A stretch of 64,000 nucleotides of DNA from Guillardia theta CCMP2712. Taxonomy: Eukaryota; Protista; Cryptophyta. Location: contig NW_005434598.1 of the NCBI RefSeq assembly GCF_000315625.1, positions 214,809 through 278,808 of the forward strand, given 5' to 3'. Below are positions 12,555 through 24,635 of this stretch, one piece after another. A program made the translations under genes and the position numbers. How positions within the stretch are numbered: the first letter of the stretch is position 1; the number at the start of each line of letters is the position of its first letter. Under the pieces are notes generated by a model, which was given only the letters and a program-made list of their open reading frames with translations, was not told the DNA's origin and made no database searches.

Positions 12555-13855
12555 ATGCAGCCATCGCATCGAGTGTTGTTAGCACTTGTTGCTTCTTTCA
12601 TGGTAGGCTTGCGGTCGGTCGCATGCTTCAGTCAAGGCGGCCTGACTACCAACCTTGTTGCTGGGAAATGCTCCACAGGAACTCTTCCACGGTGTGGACA
12701 GCATACAGTATACAAGCATGCGAATCCTTTGCGATGTAGGAGCAGGCTGTTGTTCTGGCAGAACCTTGTTTGCACAGAGGAATCAGGTTTGGAGCGAAGA
12801 GGAGGAAAGAGCCTTCATGTGTACGCGTTCGTCACCATGGTTGGATGGGGGAAGAACACTCTCTTGAACGAGCTGTCAAGTCTTGATGCAACGTCTTGTA
12901 AGGAACATTTTGGGAGCTCAATTCCACCTGTCATCCTAGAGTCTGATGAGATTGGCAAAGACAAGTTTTGGCCAGTGGTGGAAAAGACAATAAAAGATGG
13001 AGACGACGACTTGGATCATTTGATTCTCAACAAGAACTTCCCTCCTAACTCATGGAAGGTGTTTCGAGCTCTCTGGTCTTTTCCCTCTTCTTCTCACTAT
13101 GCTGTAGGGAACAGTTAAGAGATTGAAGAGAGTTTGTGAGGAGAAGCAAAGAAATCTTTGCATACACGCTATTTTCCCCAAAAGGTATGATGGGACATGT
13201 TGATTGGTACACGCTAATGATATTCGCTGATTGCAGTGTAGGCTCGGAAAGAAATGCATTCAGCCTGTTCGACTGTGCGACGTGTTTGTATTCTGTCAAG
13301 AATCGACAAGAACACCCCAATCTTTCGTCGTCTGCAAACAACATCCCTGAAGTAGTCTCCTTGTTCTACAAGCTCTACCATGTCCCAGGTGACAACTTTG
13401 GGCATCAAATATGAATGACGTTGCAAAACAGGTGGGAGAAAGGAATTTTTGAACAATCTGCGAAACAATTTCACTGAAAGTGTCATTGAAGTCGATTGGA
13501 TAAAGTCGGAGTGTATGGTCTCTACGTCACAAGATCTCGACAGGAAGGTATTATATCTTGCCGTTATATTTCTCGCAATGATGTTGAGAATGAAGATGGA
13601 AAAACTATTCTGGGTGACGAGAAAGATCAATCGAGCGAAAAAAGAGAATCAGAATGAGATTCCCGACGATCTTCGAAGTGAGCTTGACGCTGTCGTTGTG
13701 GACATCTTTGACAGGTTCCGATCTCTGATGTATCATATTGCTCTCTAAAGTTTTTTTTGTGCAGTCAAACAAACATTCAGATGTTTGAGACATGCAGACT
13801 CGAGCCGAGCCGTGTCTTACAATCTTTCTTGGAGAACCTTCCACGTTCTACATGA
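12555..13855 (+). CDS. Stand-alone P-loop polynucleotide-kinase module related to plant/fungal tRNA ligase (Trl1/RNL), with putative signal + transit peptide
   Basis: FVTMVGWGKNTLLNEL...LESDEIGKDKFWPVV...ILNKNFPPNSWK|GTVKRLKRVCEE...|GSERNAFSLFDCATCLYSVKNRQEHPNLS...VVSLFYKLY..|GRKEFLNNL parallels the plant tRNA-ligase kinase region (KYWPKV, DKNAPN, NPYSLDAL, RVLQRVNHP, LMFYHLY). N-terminus MQPSHRVLLALVASFMVGLRSVAC|F. Confidence 0.72.
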
Positions 13856-14098
13856 GAGTCGTTCTGCTCTTTCAACATTTGAGTTTCAATTCCTTGTCAT
13901 CTCACGAGTATTTACGTCTTCTCTTCCTCTTTCATACTCTGCTCTTTTTCCTCGTGCGTTGGTAGCCCTATGACAAATGAAGAATGCAGTGATTTTTATG
14001 ACAAAAGTACACTTAAAATCATCGGCAGTCTGACAAGCATGAAACTCAACGTATGTCTTGCCCGAACATAGCGTTCTTGTGTTCGTTAAAGGTCTTCG

Positions 14099-14728
14099 TC
14101 ACCGTACCATCATCAACCTTGCTTTCAATTTCTCGATCTCCCCCTTGATAGCCTTGGCTGCTGTATAATCCTCTCGCTACACGTTGCAGTATCAGCCAAT
14201 CTCAATGTCATGTGTTCTCTTTTCACCTCAACCGCGTTTTGCTTTTCTATCTCGAGGGTCGAGAGCCTGTCTTGTAACTTTTGTCTCTCTTCTCCGTTGC
14301 TTGCCTTCGACGGTCTCCGCAAAGCATCTTTCATACACGCTTCCTGAAAGAAACACAAACAAGAGCGTCAACATGAAAAGTTCGTTTGCAGGGCGATAAC
14401 TCACCATCATAACATTGAGCTGGTCAATTTCTGACTTGACCGTCTTTGCTATCTGATAATCTGTGGACAACCTATTCAGCAAGTGTATTGCAAACACAAC
14501 ATAATGGACAACTCACCTTCTCTTTCAACTGCTGACCGCTTGTCCGCCTCTAGCTTCAAAATTTGTTCCCCTGCCACCCGAACTTTCTTCTCAAGCTCAC
14601 TCAATCTCTGTTGAAACATAATCAGTACCATCATGTCCATAATTGTTATCATCATGATCATGATCTTCAATATTATTGCTAACGTCAACATCAACATCAA
14701 CAGCATCTTACACACCATCACGATCACG

Positions 14729-14768
<40 letters not shown>

Positions 14769-14775
14769 CCATCAT

Positions 14776-14828
<53 letters not shown>

Positions 14829-15865
14829 AATGTCCACCACCACCACAATCATCCACAACAACATCATTGTCAACAACAACAACAACATTACCACCACCAC
14901 TATCATCATTTCACCATCATCATCATCATCTCCATCGACATCTCTGCTATCATCTCATCATCGTCATTGCCTGCATCTTAGATTCATCCGCATCAGGATC
15001 GTCTTATACGCATCGCTCACCATGGCCTCTTCGAAATCTTCTCTATCTTTGCTGTCATTCTTTAGTCGCTGAATGTCCCGAAGAAACTTCCCAGCCATCG
15101 TGTTCACCCCCGCCGATTTTGCTTCCGCAGACAGAAAGTCCTCCTGCAAATCATGTCTCAATGAAAAGTAAGTTGGGGTTGAGGGGGAGGGAGAGGAGAG
15201 AGGAGAGGGAAGGAGGGAGGGAGGTGGGGAGCATGGGAAAGGGAGAAAGGGAGACGAGAGGGGGTAGAGGGAGGGAGGGAGGGAGGGAACAGGACCGAAA
15301 CCAGTTCTCAAGATTGAGGAAATCTTACATGGAGGTCAATACCATGCAAGAGCATTTGGAATCCCAGCCCTTGCTGCCCAGCCTGAAGCAGTTTGCTGCT
15401 GTCCCCAACATGAATATCTCCCTCAACAGCAATATCTGCAATCCCAATCTGGTTGCACAGGTTCTTTGGATGCCCTAGAGGAGCAGACATGCACAGCTTG
15501 AGGAAGCAGCATCGAGCTTCCACCTCCAGCCTCTGCACTTGTCCTCCTTGCACGCCTGGACCAACCTTGCTGAACTTCAGGTACCCAACTCTCGCATACT
15601 TGGCCTTGGTATGCGATGGAGCCTCCCTGTATGACACGTTGCCTGCCATGAGCTCGATCTTGGAAGGTATGAAATGCTCATGGGAGAGGATAGAGATGCG
15701 ATTCACAGCCACGACACCATTGAAGGCTAGGACTATCTCCTGCGGGAAGGAAGGAAACGGAGCAGAAACCCATCCTGTGCTGTGCGGCGTAGCATCGTGA
15801 AGGTTTGAAGGAGGAGAGCCGGTGGAGAAACTGTCACAGTGTACGACTGTGAAGGGAAGCCGCAT
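14099..15865 (-). CDS. CEP104-like protein (N-terminal jelly-roll domain + UVR-like coiled-coil repeats), apparently short
   Basis: MRLPFTVVHCDS...GWVSAPFPSFPQEIVL...ILSHEHFIPSKIEL...RVGYLKF...FLKLCM...NLCNQIGIADIAVEGD matches the CEP104 N-terminus, followed by three KxxAVExEDYxxAKxxKxEI-type repeats. Confidence 0.75.
14729..14828. repeat. (CAT)n microsatellite in intron
   Basis: Near-perfect catcat run. Confidence 0.95.
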
Positions 15866-16014
15866 CTGATCCCTCCCTCCACCTCCTCTTCCAGCCTCTA
15901 CTTTCAATCTGGTTTCTTAACTTGGCTCCTGATGAAAATGTTGACCCTCTTGATCTTGCAGATTATTCCTTGATCTCGTGCTCCCTCTTGTGCTCCCTCT
16001 GCTTCTACTTCCCT

Positions 16015-16081
<67 letters not shown>

Positions 16082-16399
16082 CCTGCTCCTGATGTCCGTT
16101 GATCTCTCCGGGTATTCAGTTCACTTGGAAAGGCTAAAGTAGTAATGCAATTGCTGTCCTCTTCTGAAGAATAGTGATTCAATGAGGCAGGCCCGCATTG
16201 AATATGTCGGGTCAATGTGCCATGATCCTGGTTACACTTCCTCCCCATGACCCCTCTCCTCCTCCCTGCCCCTCTCCCTCTCCCTCTCCCTCTCCCTCTC
16301 CTAAGGCATCTCCATGACAGTTTCCATGGACATATCTGCTCCTCTTTTTGGGGCCCACTCTCTTGACTCACCCCTTCCCATTCCTCTTGCCAACCTGAT

Positions 16400-16926
16400 C
16401 AAATAACATCTCCATGAAAGGAAGAAAAATGTCGAAAGACCAAGTTTGGTGAGCCCGAGACAGAAAGGAGCTACAGGGAAATGTAACGACTACGAACCAT
16501 CCACAAATAACGATAATAGCAGTAAGGAATAAACTAACTAACATGGATGACAGCTGACTTGAACTAATTCAAAAAATCGAAGTAGTCAGGAAAGAACTCT
16601 CGGATAAACATCAATTCCAGTAATACAAGAGAATCGACTAATTCTACGATGATCACATCAGAGACTNNNNNNNNNNNNNNNNNNNNNNNNNNNNNNNNNN
16701 NNNNNNNNNNNNNNNNNNNNNNNNNNNNNNNNNNNNNNNNNNNNNNNNNNNNNNNNNNNNNNNNNNACTTGCTGATCATCTTAGCAGTCATGCAACAGTG
16801 AGCTTGTCAGGAGGAGCACATCGGTGACTTTCTCCCTGAGACAACCTGTACATTGACTGTGTTGTTGGAATCAAGCATCGGCCTCGTTGTGCCAGTATGA
16901 CAGCGTGAAGATAGATGCGAGATGGA

Positions 16927-16970
<44 letters not shown>

Positions 16971-16983
16971 AAGGACGAGGACA

Positions 16984-17024
<41 letters not shown>

Positions 17025-17944
17025 AAGCACAAGGACGAGATGATTGGGAGCAGGAATGAAGAAGAGTTGAGGAGAAGAGTTGAGATTAAGATTGAGAATC
17101 ATTGCGACGACAACGCATAGATGAATTTCATTGTGATAGGGCACTTTCAGGCACTTTCAACCTACAATCACGTTTCCAAATCCATGTGGCTGGAATACGA
17201 CATCATCTTTGTATCAGGTTGTTCCTGTTGGAATAATTGCTCCATCTTTACGTTCTGGATGCTAAAGAGACAAGCGAATCGTTGAGATCGTGCGAAGGTA
17301 CAGTCTGATTTGATCCTTTCCTTGTTGATTGCTGCATGTTGCATTGTGGTATTTGATTTCATGATGCGCAGATGCAACTGTACATAGCCAGCTCGTCTTA
17401 GATGGTGTTGTTGTGGCCAACACAACAGGAACGCAAGTGAAGCATGACTTGTGAACATTTACGATTATGATTGTTGCTCTTCAAGGTCGGAATTCTTGTT
17501 GAGGGTGTTGAACTCGGACGACATTGGATGAAGATTTTTGTTGATGAGATCGAGAATGTTAGAAACTCTCACTAGTGTCTTTCAATCTCACTCAGTGACC
17601 CGTCAGAATGTTGAGTTTTTCCTTCCGTGGCACATTCACTTTCGCATCGTCAGCCCACCGAGCAGAGCCTTCTTATCCTTTGAGGTACCTTTGTTGATCG
17701 GTAGAGCTATACTGATTGCAGACATAAGGATAACGACAAGTATTTGAGTGTTTGTTTCTACATGATTCATGGATATTTACAAGAGGACGAAGTTTTCAAG
17801 GAACTTGATGGTACAACTGGTGAGAGGGACAGCAATGCTTGTCCCAGATTTGCATAACTCGATCAACAGTGGTTGTAAGCGTTGATGGAGAGAAACAAGT
17901 TGAGCTGGCTTCAGCTTCAACCTCTGCAATTCATGTAAGTTTTG

Positions 17945-17982
<38 letters not shown>

Positions 17983-19068
17983 GGAGGAGGAGGAGGAGGA
18001 GGAGGAGGAGGAGGAGGAGGAGGAGGAGCAATGATGATGATTTTGTGATGAGACGATGATAACGATTATGGTGTAGCCGACATGTGTAGAGCTTCCGTCA
18101 GAGAAGTTGAGGAGTGCCGGAAGACATTCGGTCATCATGGACAACCGCACCTGCAACATCTATTTACATCATTTGTTTTGCATGTCAGGTTGTTGTCGAG
18201 CTTGTAGATCAAAGAGGTAAATTGGCTTGTTGCCTTTGATAACCTCTATGTAATGCAATCTTTACTTTTGAAAACAAATCATGAGTGGGACACGATGATA
18301 AGGGCTTCTGTATTCCCGTGTTTCTGGTGTGATATGATATGATATGATGTGATAATATTTGATGCGATGAGATGTATCGTGATTTGTTGGCCTGACTTTG
18401 CTACCGAGATCTTGAACTTTCCCTGACCTGATTGCTGTAGGTCAACCTCTTGGACCAATTTCTTACACACACCTCCTGGGCTCTCCTTGCAACGAGGACG
18501 TAGGTTGTAACTTGTCTCGAAGTCCTCCTGACGAGTTTCAGTGTGCAGATGGTTATCAATGGATGATGACGATGATCGATCAAGTTTCTTCTCTCCGACC
18601 AAACTGGGATTCAGAGATAGAGTTGAAAGTAACCCTCCTCCTCCTCCTCATCATCATCCTTCTCCTTCTCTTCATACTCCTTTTTCTTCTCTTCGTACTT
18701 CTCCTCCTCCTCTTTCTCTTCATACACCTGCTCCTCCTCGTAATCCTCCATGCACTTCTCTATCTCCGGCTGCTTCTCCATCTCCTCTTTCATCTCCTCC
18801 TCGTTCTCTCGTTTCTTCTTTCTCTCAAATATTCCAGCTCTCCTCCTCCTTCAACTTATCCTTCGCCTGATCACCTCTTTCTCTGCTATTTCCTATTCTA
18901 TTTCCTCTTCATCTCCTTCACACGAACCTCTTGTGCTGTTTCTTCTTGAATGTTCTCCTGCCCTCCTTATGCTTGCATCTCCAGGAATGGAAATCGATGT
19001 CAGGACATGGTGTTTACATTAATCCGAGCGTTTTCATCACAAGAAAATCTGAAAATGACAACGACGGT

Positions 19069-19157
<89 letters not shown>

Positions 19158-19400
19158 GAAACCAGTTTGGCATGTGATTTTCAGGTAAACAACAGACGCA
19201 ATGTTCACGAGAACCGTGTTGATGATGGCATCCTTTATCACAATTATCATGTTAAACTTGATATGAGAGCATTGTCATATTTTCCAGAAATCACAAGAAG
19301 ATATTCCCCCTGAGATTTGTGATTTGTACATGTCTCATCCATGAAGGAGACTGACATGAAGATTGGTCAACGTGGATATGAAGAGTTTGTCACATTCTCT
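16400..19400 (-). CDS. Hypothetical multi-exon gene with acidic Glu-rich stretch; structure unresolved and interrupted by a gap
   Basis: Several exon-like segments (e.g. VRLSMMTECLPALLNFSDGSSTH, LHELQRLKLKPAQLVSLHQRLQPLLIELCK) separated by SSR-rich introns; no domain recognised. Confidence 0.3.
16667..16766. other. Assembly gap (100 N)
   Basis: Run of N. Confidence 1.
19069..19155. repeat. (CAG)n microsatellite
   Basis: Perfect cag run. Confidence 0.95.
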
Positions 19401-19829
19401 CTAGGGAACATGAATTGACAACCCCTGGCCCTCTGGGATATCAGAAGAGACTCACGCCATCAATACAGGCGAGTGAATTTTCCTCGTCCTTTTCCCTGCC
19501 TGCGCTCTTTCCTCCTTCACTATTCTTCTTCCTCCTCCTCTCCTCTGCATCTCCTCTACTCTCCCCTCTTCCTTTTCTTCCTCTCCTCTCCTCTCCTCTC
19601 CTCTCCTCTCCTTTCTACTCCCTCTCCTTTCTACTCTTCTCATCTCCTCTCCTCTCATCTCATCTCATCTCCTCTCCTCTCCCGTCCCCTCCTCTCATCT
19701 CTTCTCATCTCCTCTCCTCTCCTCTCCTCTCCTCTCCTCTCCTCTCCTCTTCTCTCCTCTCCTCTCCTTTTGTCTTCTCATCGTTGCTCTGCTTTGCTCT
19801 TCACTGCACGTTTACTCATTCTTCTTGCT

Positions 19830-22350
19830 TCATCGAATGTTTTTCCAACAGTGGCACACAGAGCTGCTGTTTGACGATCAGACAAAACAACTCACACGAG
19901 ATGTCAGTCGAGCACTAACAAGGCAATGAAACATCTTACTGACATCTCAAATGTCTTGACATCTGGTATCAGATTGAACATCTCTTACTCTTCTGTTCCA
20001 TCACAAGAGGGCTCGCAAGGTCCGCAGGATGCCAGAGTCTTCTCGGTTGTGAACTTATATGACGTCTTCAATTACTTGCTCCCCTCCCCTCCTATCCCTT
20101 CCCTTCGCTTCTTCACTTCTCGTTTCATCTCCTTTCTATGTTTTGTTTTCTCCATTCCTCACCTGCACCCTCCTCTCTCGGCTCCTTTCCTCTACAGTCC
20201 TCATCCTTCCTCTTGTTTTCATCTTCCTCTTTGCTCTCTTCTTTGCTGCTTTATGCTGTTCTTTCCTCCCTTTCAACTCGTCTTGATTACTTCTTCTCAG
20301 TTGTCCAACGGCAAACAGTTTCTTTGGTTTAACGCAAACTCAAGATGGTAACAATTCGTGGCATTGTTCCTTGCTTCCATTCCACTTGCATGCATTCCAC
20401 TTGTTTTCCCCATTTCCTGATCTCATCCTTGTTTGCGTATGTTGCCAAAGGCATGATGTTTGTTCAGTTTGCTCTCCATCTCTTTTAACAAATCCTTTCA
20501 GTCTTAACTTCTTTCAGGTTGCCGTCTAGGGTCACTCAACAGCTGGTGGCGATTAGCCTGCAAGAAATTTCAGAATCATCGAAAGAAGAAGGAGGATCGC
20601 AAACGTTTGAACGAGAATTGATGTTGTCAGATGTTGTTGAAGTCAAGCTCTCAAAGCAGGTAGTCCCTTGCATGGCCTTTGTTGTCGCAAACACAATGCT
20701 CTGTTGTTGTGTTCTTCCTGCTGCAAAGCAACCTTGAGAAATAATGTATAATCTTGCATCAGGTGTACGAGAAAAACTTTGTAAGCTTCTCAAGTATCAA
20801 AGGCATGCAGTGACTGTTGCAGGTTGCTTTCGAGCACAATCAGAGCATCTACTTCGCTTACTCCATGTATCTCCCTTCCTCTTGTCTCGTGTCTTTCTCA
20901 AATCTCTTTGCTAGAGAACCACACGAGATCTATCATCTCGATCCTGAAAGTGGAGCAGTTGCGCATGTGAGAACAGATTGTGCCTTGTAGAAAGATGACA
21001 TGTTTGTTAGGTTGCAACCAGCAGCAACCAGCTCTTACAGGAGTCCATCTCCAGAACAGATTTGTGGCTGCATGGAGGTCAATCTGAGCTTTTGCTCCTT
21101 TTTCATCCCTTCTGTGTCCTCGAACTATTTTCCTTCCCCTCTCTCTCTCTTTCTGTCTTTCTCTCTATCTCCATTTCTTCTTTCTCTCTATCTCTCTCTC
21201 TCTCTTCCTCCCTCTTTATCTTGTTCTCTATCTCCTCTCTTCCTCTTTCTCCTCTCTCTTGCCCTCTGTTCAGCCTCCTAGCAATCTTGTCTGTCCCCCT
21301 GTATTCCTTCCTCCTTGTTCACTCATCCGCTTCCTGCCGTTGCATCTCCCTCGAACCTCTTCATCTACTGACGGTGCATGGGCTAGGTTCGGCAGCGATC
21401 CAAGTGAAGAGAAGAGGAAATCTAGAATTTCTCTCCGTATGTCATGTCAAGCAACCAGACACTGAGATGTAAATTGAACAATCTCACTTCTTGTCGTTTT
21501 TCCTTTTCTTCCCTTTGTCTCTCTGCGTGTGTTCTTCTTTCTTCACATGTGTTGTGGCAATCAGACTCTGCTCGTATCTCTATCTTGCTAATTCTCCTCC
21601 CTCCTGCCTTCTCTTTCACGGTCCTCCTCCTCATATTCTATCTCCTTATTGTTCTTTCACTCTTTCCTATTTCTGATCAGCTTTCCATGTTCTTTCATCG
21701 TTCTCACTTTCAATCGTAGGTACTTTACCTTCGCGTATACTTTCTCTTCTGCTCCTCCTTTTCAAATCTTATCATGGTAATAAGCTCCTCCTCCACCACC
21801 ACCATCACAATCACCTCCTCCTCGTCCTCCTTCCTTCTTTCCACCTTTCCTTGCTTCCCAATACGCCTCAACCTCTTCCTTTCTCTTCACCCTTTCCCCG
21901 TTTGCACTGCTTTAATTGCTCCCACTTTCTTCCTGACGCCTTTCAAGGTCTCCTAAGCTTCCTCTGCTCGGACGCATTCAGATGGCGATGTCTCTTGCTG
22001 TCCTCGACGACGAGGTGTCTCCTGCTAGCTCGTCCCACACGCTCATCATCATTATTTCTCCTCTCTTTCCTCCTCCTTCTCCTCCTGGTTCTCCTCCTCC
22101 ATCTCCCCTTTTTCTTCTGCATCAGCATTGTCACTTTCTCCTCCTCCTTCTCCATCACCGTCATCATCATTCCACTCCTCCACCACCACCTCTCCCACCT
22201 CATCAGCCCATCGATCAGCTGACCTTCATCCTCATCTATTTGCATGCACTCGATGCATCTGCCACAGGAGCTGATGATTTCTTACGGACGTGAGTTGGTT
22301 GTAGATTGCAAAAGAGAAGCTGACAGAAACTGCAGGAGACGATAAGGAGA
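19830..22350 (+). CDS. Hypothetical gene of many small exons
   Basis: Small GT-AG-bounded exons (e.g. 20518-20659 LPSRVTQQLVAISLQEISESSKEEGGSQTFERELMLSDVVEVKLSKQ) within pyrimidine-rich introns; no family recognised. Confidence 0.3.
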
Positions 22351-22567
22351 TGAGAGTCGTGTCTTTCAATCTTCCTGATTTCCTTCATAACATGCAGGAC
22401 ATCTCAGGGCTTTTATCAACATCCTCATCACTGCCATCTTGATCTTTACTGTGCTTGTCGCTATACATATGAAATTGAAGATTCGGGGAAGGAAAATATG
22501 CGTAACCACCAGACTTTCTTTAGTCATTCTTATCTGTCTTGTTCCTTCCGAGACAATCCGGATGTGA

Positions 22568-24635
22568 TTAAGCTTTCTTTGGCTTGTCATGTGGTTTGAA
22601 CCTGTCAGCCACCTGAAGACAAGAAAAGTCAGCAGAACATGATACAGGGAGCTGAAAACCCACCATCTCGATGATGATGCCTCCGAACACCATGAAGCAC
22701 CCGGTCCACTGCATCTGGTTCAATCGGTTGTCTGTTACAAGAAAACTTCAGTATGTCAACACGTCAGCATCCTTGAGGTGTACCTGGGTTCCTGAAGACA
22801 GAGTAGACAGTCGAGAAGATTTTCCTGCTCTCTTGTCATCTTTGACGCTGCAACTGAGGTGAACGGAACCTTGTGGTGGTGACCGTGGAGAGGAGAAGAG
22901 GTCCAAACTCGGTGACGGTGAAGTAGATGAAACACTGGGAAACACGCACATCACAACTCCATCTCCCGATAGTTTGAGCAGGAGGTGTATAGTATACAGA
23001 AGAGTAAGGGAGTGAATACAGAAACTTTGACTATCACAATCATCAACAAAATCTTACCTGTCCCACAGCCGAAGAGATGGAAAAAGCAGAGAGGGCATAG
23101 ATAAACTCCTCGCTGCGCTTGCAGAAGTCGATTCCTTCCTGAAGCTGACCAGTCGCAACACAGAAAGCCAGCGCGACAACAGCTCCTGTTGTGACAACCG
23201 AGCGATTCAGAGGAAGTCACATACACAGTTCCGGCCGAACCAGCAAGGTTGGTGTACATCATTGACTCGAACATCGAGGGCTTTGCCTACAAGAGCGTCA
23301 GCCATCATGTTAGAACAAGCAGGATGGCAACCTTGGGGTTGTTGTTAAGAGTCTGTGCGGTCTTCTTCACACGATCCTGTGGTTCACAACAGCTATCAGG
23401 AGGAGACGGGGGAAGGAAGCAAGTTCACCTGCAGTCCTCCAGTGACTCCGTCGAGAACAAGAGACAGAGCAATCAACGACAAGCCATAGGCCGAGTCAGA
23501 CCCGCCGCCCTTGCCTGTACTTCAACGTCAGATGCGGCGACGAATGGCTGGCGAACAAAAACTCCATGACCTGGCTTTGCGGGAGCTCCGAAGTTGAAGA
23601 TGACAACACCAGCTGTGACGGTGATAACCTGAGGAGATGAAGTCAGTCACATTCACAGCCCCGGTGATCATGACGCCATCGTCACCTGCAGGTATGTATC
23701 CCACCCGTACTTCTTCCCGCCGATGAGAATTCCCATCAAGAAGACAGGCACCATCTTGCAAGACTTCCCCAGCACCTGAGCGAGAACATGAGACACGTTG
23801 TGAGGAGGAATCGACGATCTAGCTCAACCTGAGTAGGATAGCTGACATATCGGAGGGCCTCATTCGACGCCGCCATGGCCAACATTTGCGAGGCACCACT
23901 GACGGAGATTTCCTTGATGGGGATCTGATGCACAACAATGCTATCAGGGGAGAGAAGAAAGATATCAGCATGATCAGAGATGTATATCAACATGAGAACA
24001 TGAATGCAGTTGCAAGGCATTGACGCTCACACGCACTTGTCACCTTAAGGTTCGATCCCCCAAAGATCAGCAAGAAGAAGAGAGCAACAAGCGCATTGGC
24101 TCCTACAAGACTTTAGCGTCAGCGCTCATCATGCACAACAACTCAGTGCTCTTGACCTCTCTCTGCAACCATCATGAAGAACGTTGCCTTGAACTTCTGT
24201 CCTGCATACGACTTCTTGAAAAGATCCTCCTGTGTCCGAGAGCAATTCAGCCGATCATTGCAGGCTGAGGGAAACGGACCTGAAGGACTGCAAAATATCC
24301 GAATGATCCGAAGATACCAGCAATTGCCTGCAAACGTATTCAGTGGAAAATCGAAAATGGATAAGCCGTCGGCATACCAGTGCTACTTTCACCGATTGCA
24401 TTGCTCCTTTCGATTCTGGTTTCCCAGACATCTGATAGACACGTTCAGCGACAGAGCCTTTGTCGGGATCCTCTGCAAAACAATCTTTCCTAACTTGCAG
24501 AAGCTCTAACAACAGAGTGAAGTGAATGGAGGGAGGGCATGCGAACAAGCCTGTGCTGGCATCGACGAGGAGTGCTAGGGACGCAGCGGAAATTTTACGA
24601 GGAGGAGGCAGAGATGGACAAATGTCACGATTCAT
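22568..24635 (-). CDS. UAA-family (SLC35B1/Hut1/UTR-like) nucleotide-sugar or ATP transporter of the ER
   Basis: Spliced: AIAGIFGSFGYFAVLQ|EDLFKK..., AMAASNEALRYVSYPTQ|VLGKSCKMVPVFLMGILIGGKKY, SLVLDGVTGGLQ|D, MMYTNL, TEFGPLLLSTVTTTR|K. Ends in KPKKA* (KxKxx ER-retrieval-like). Confidence 0.88.
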
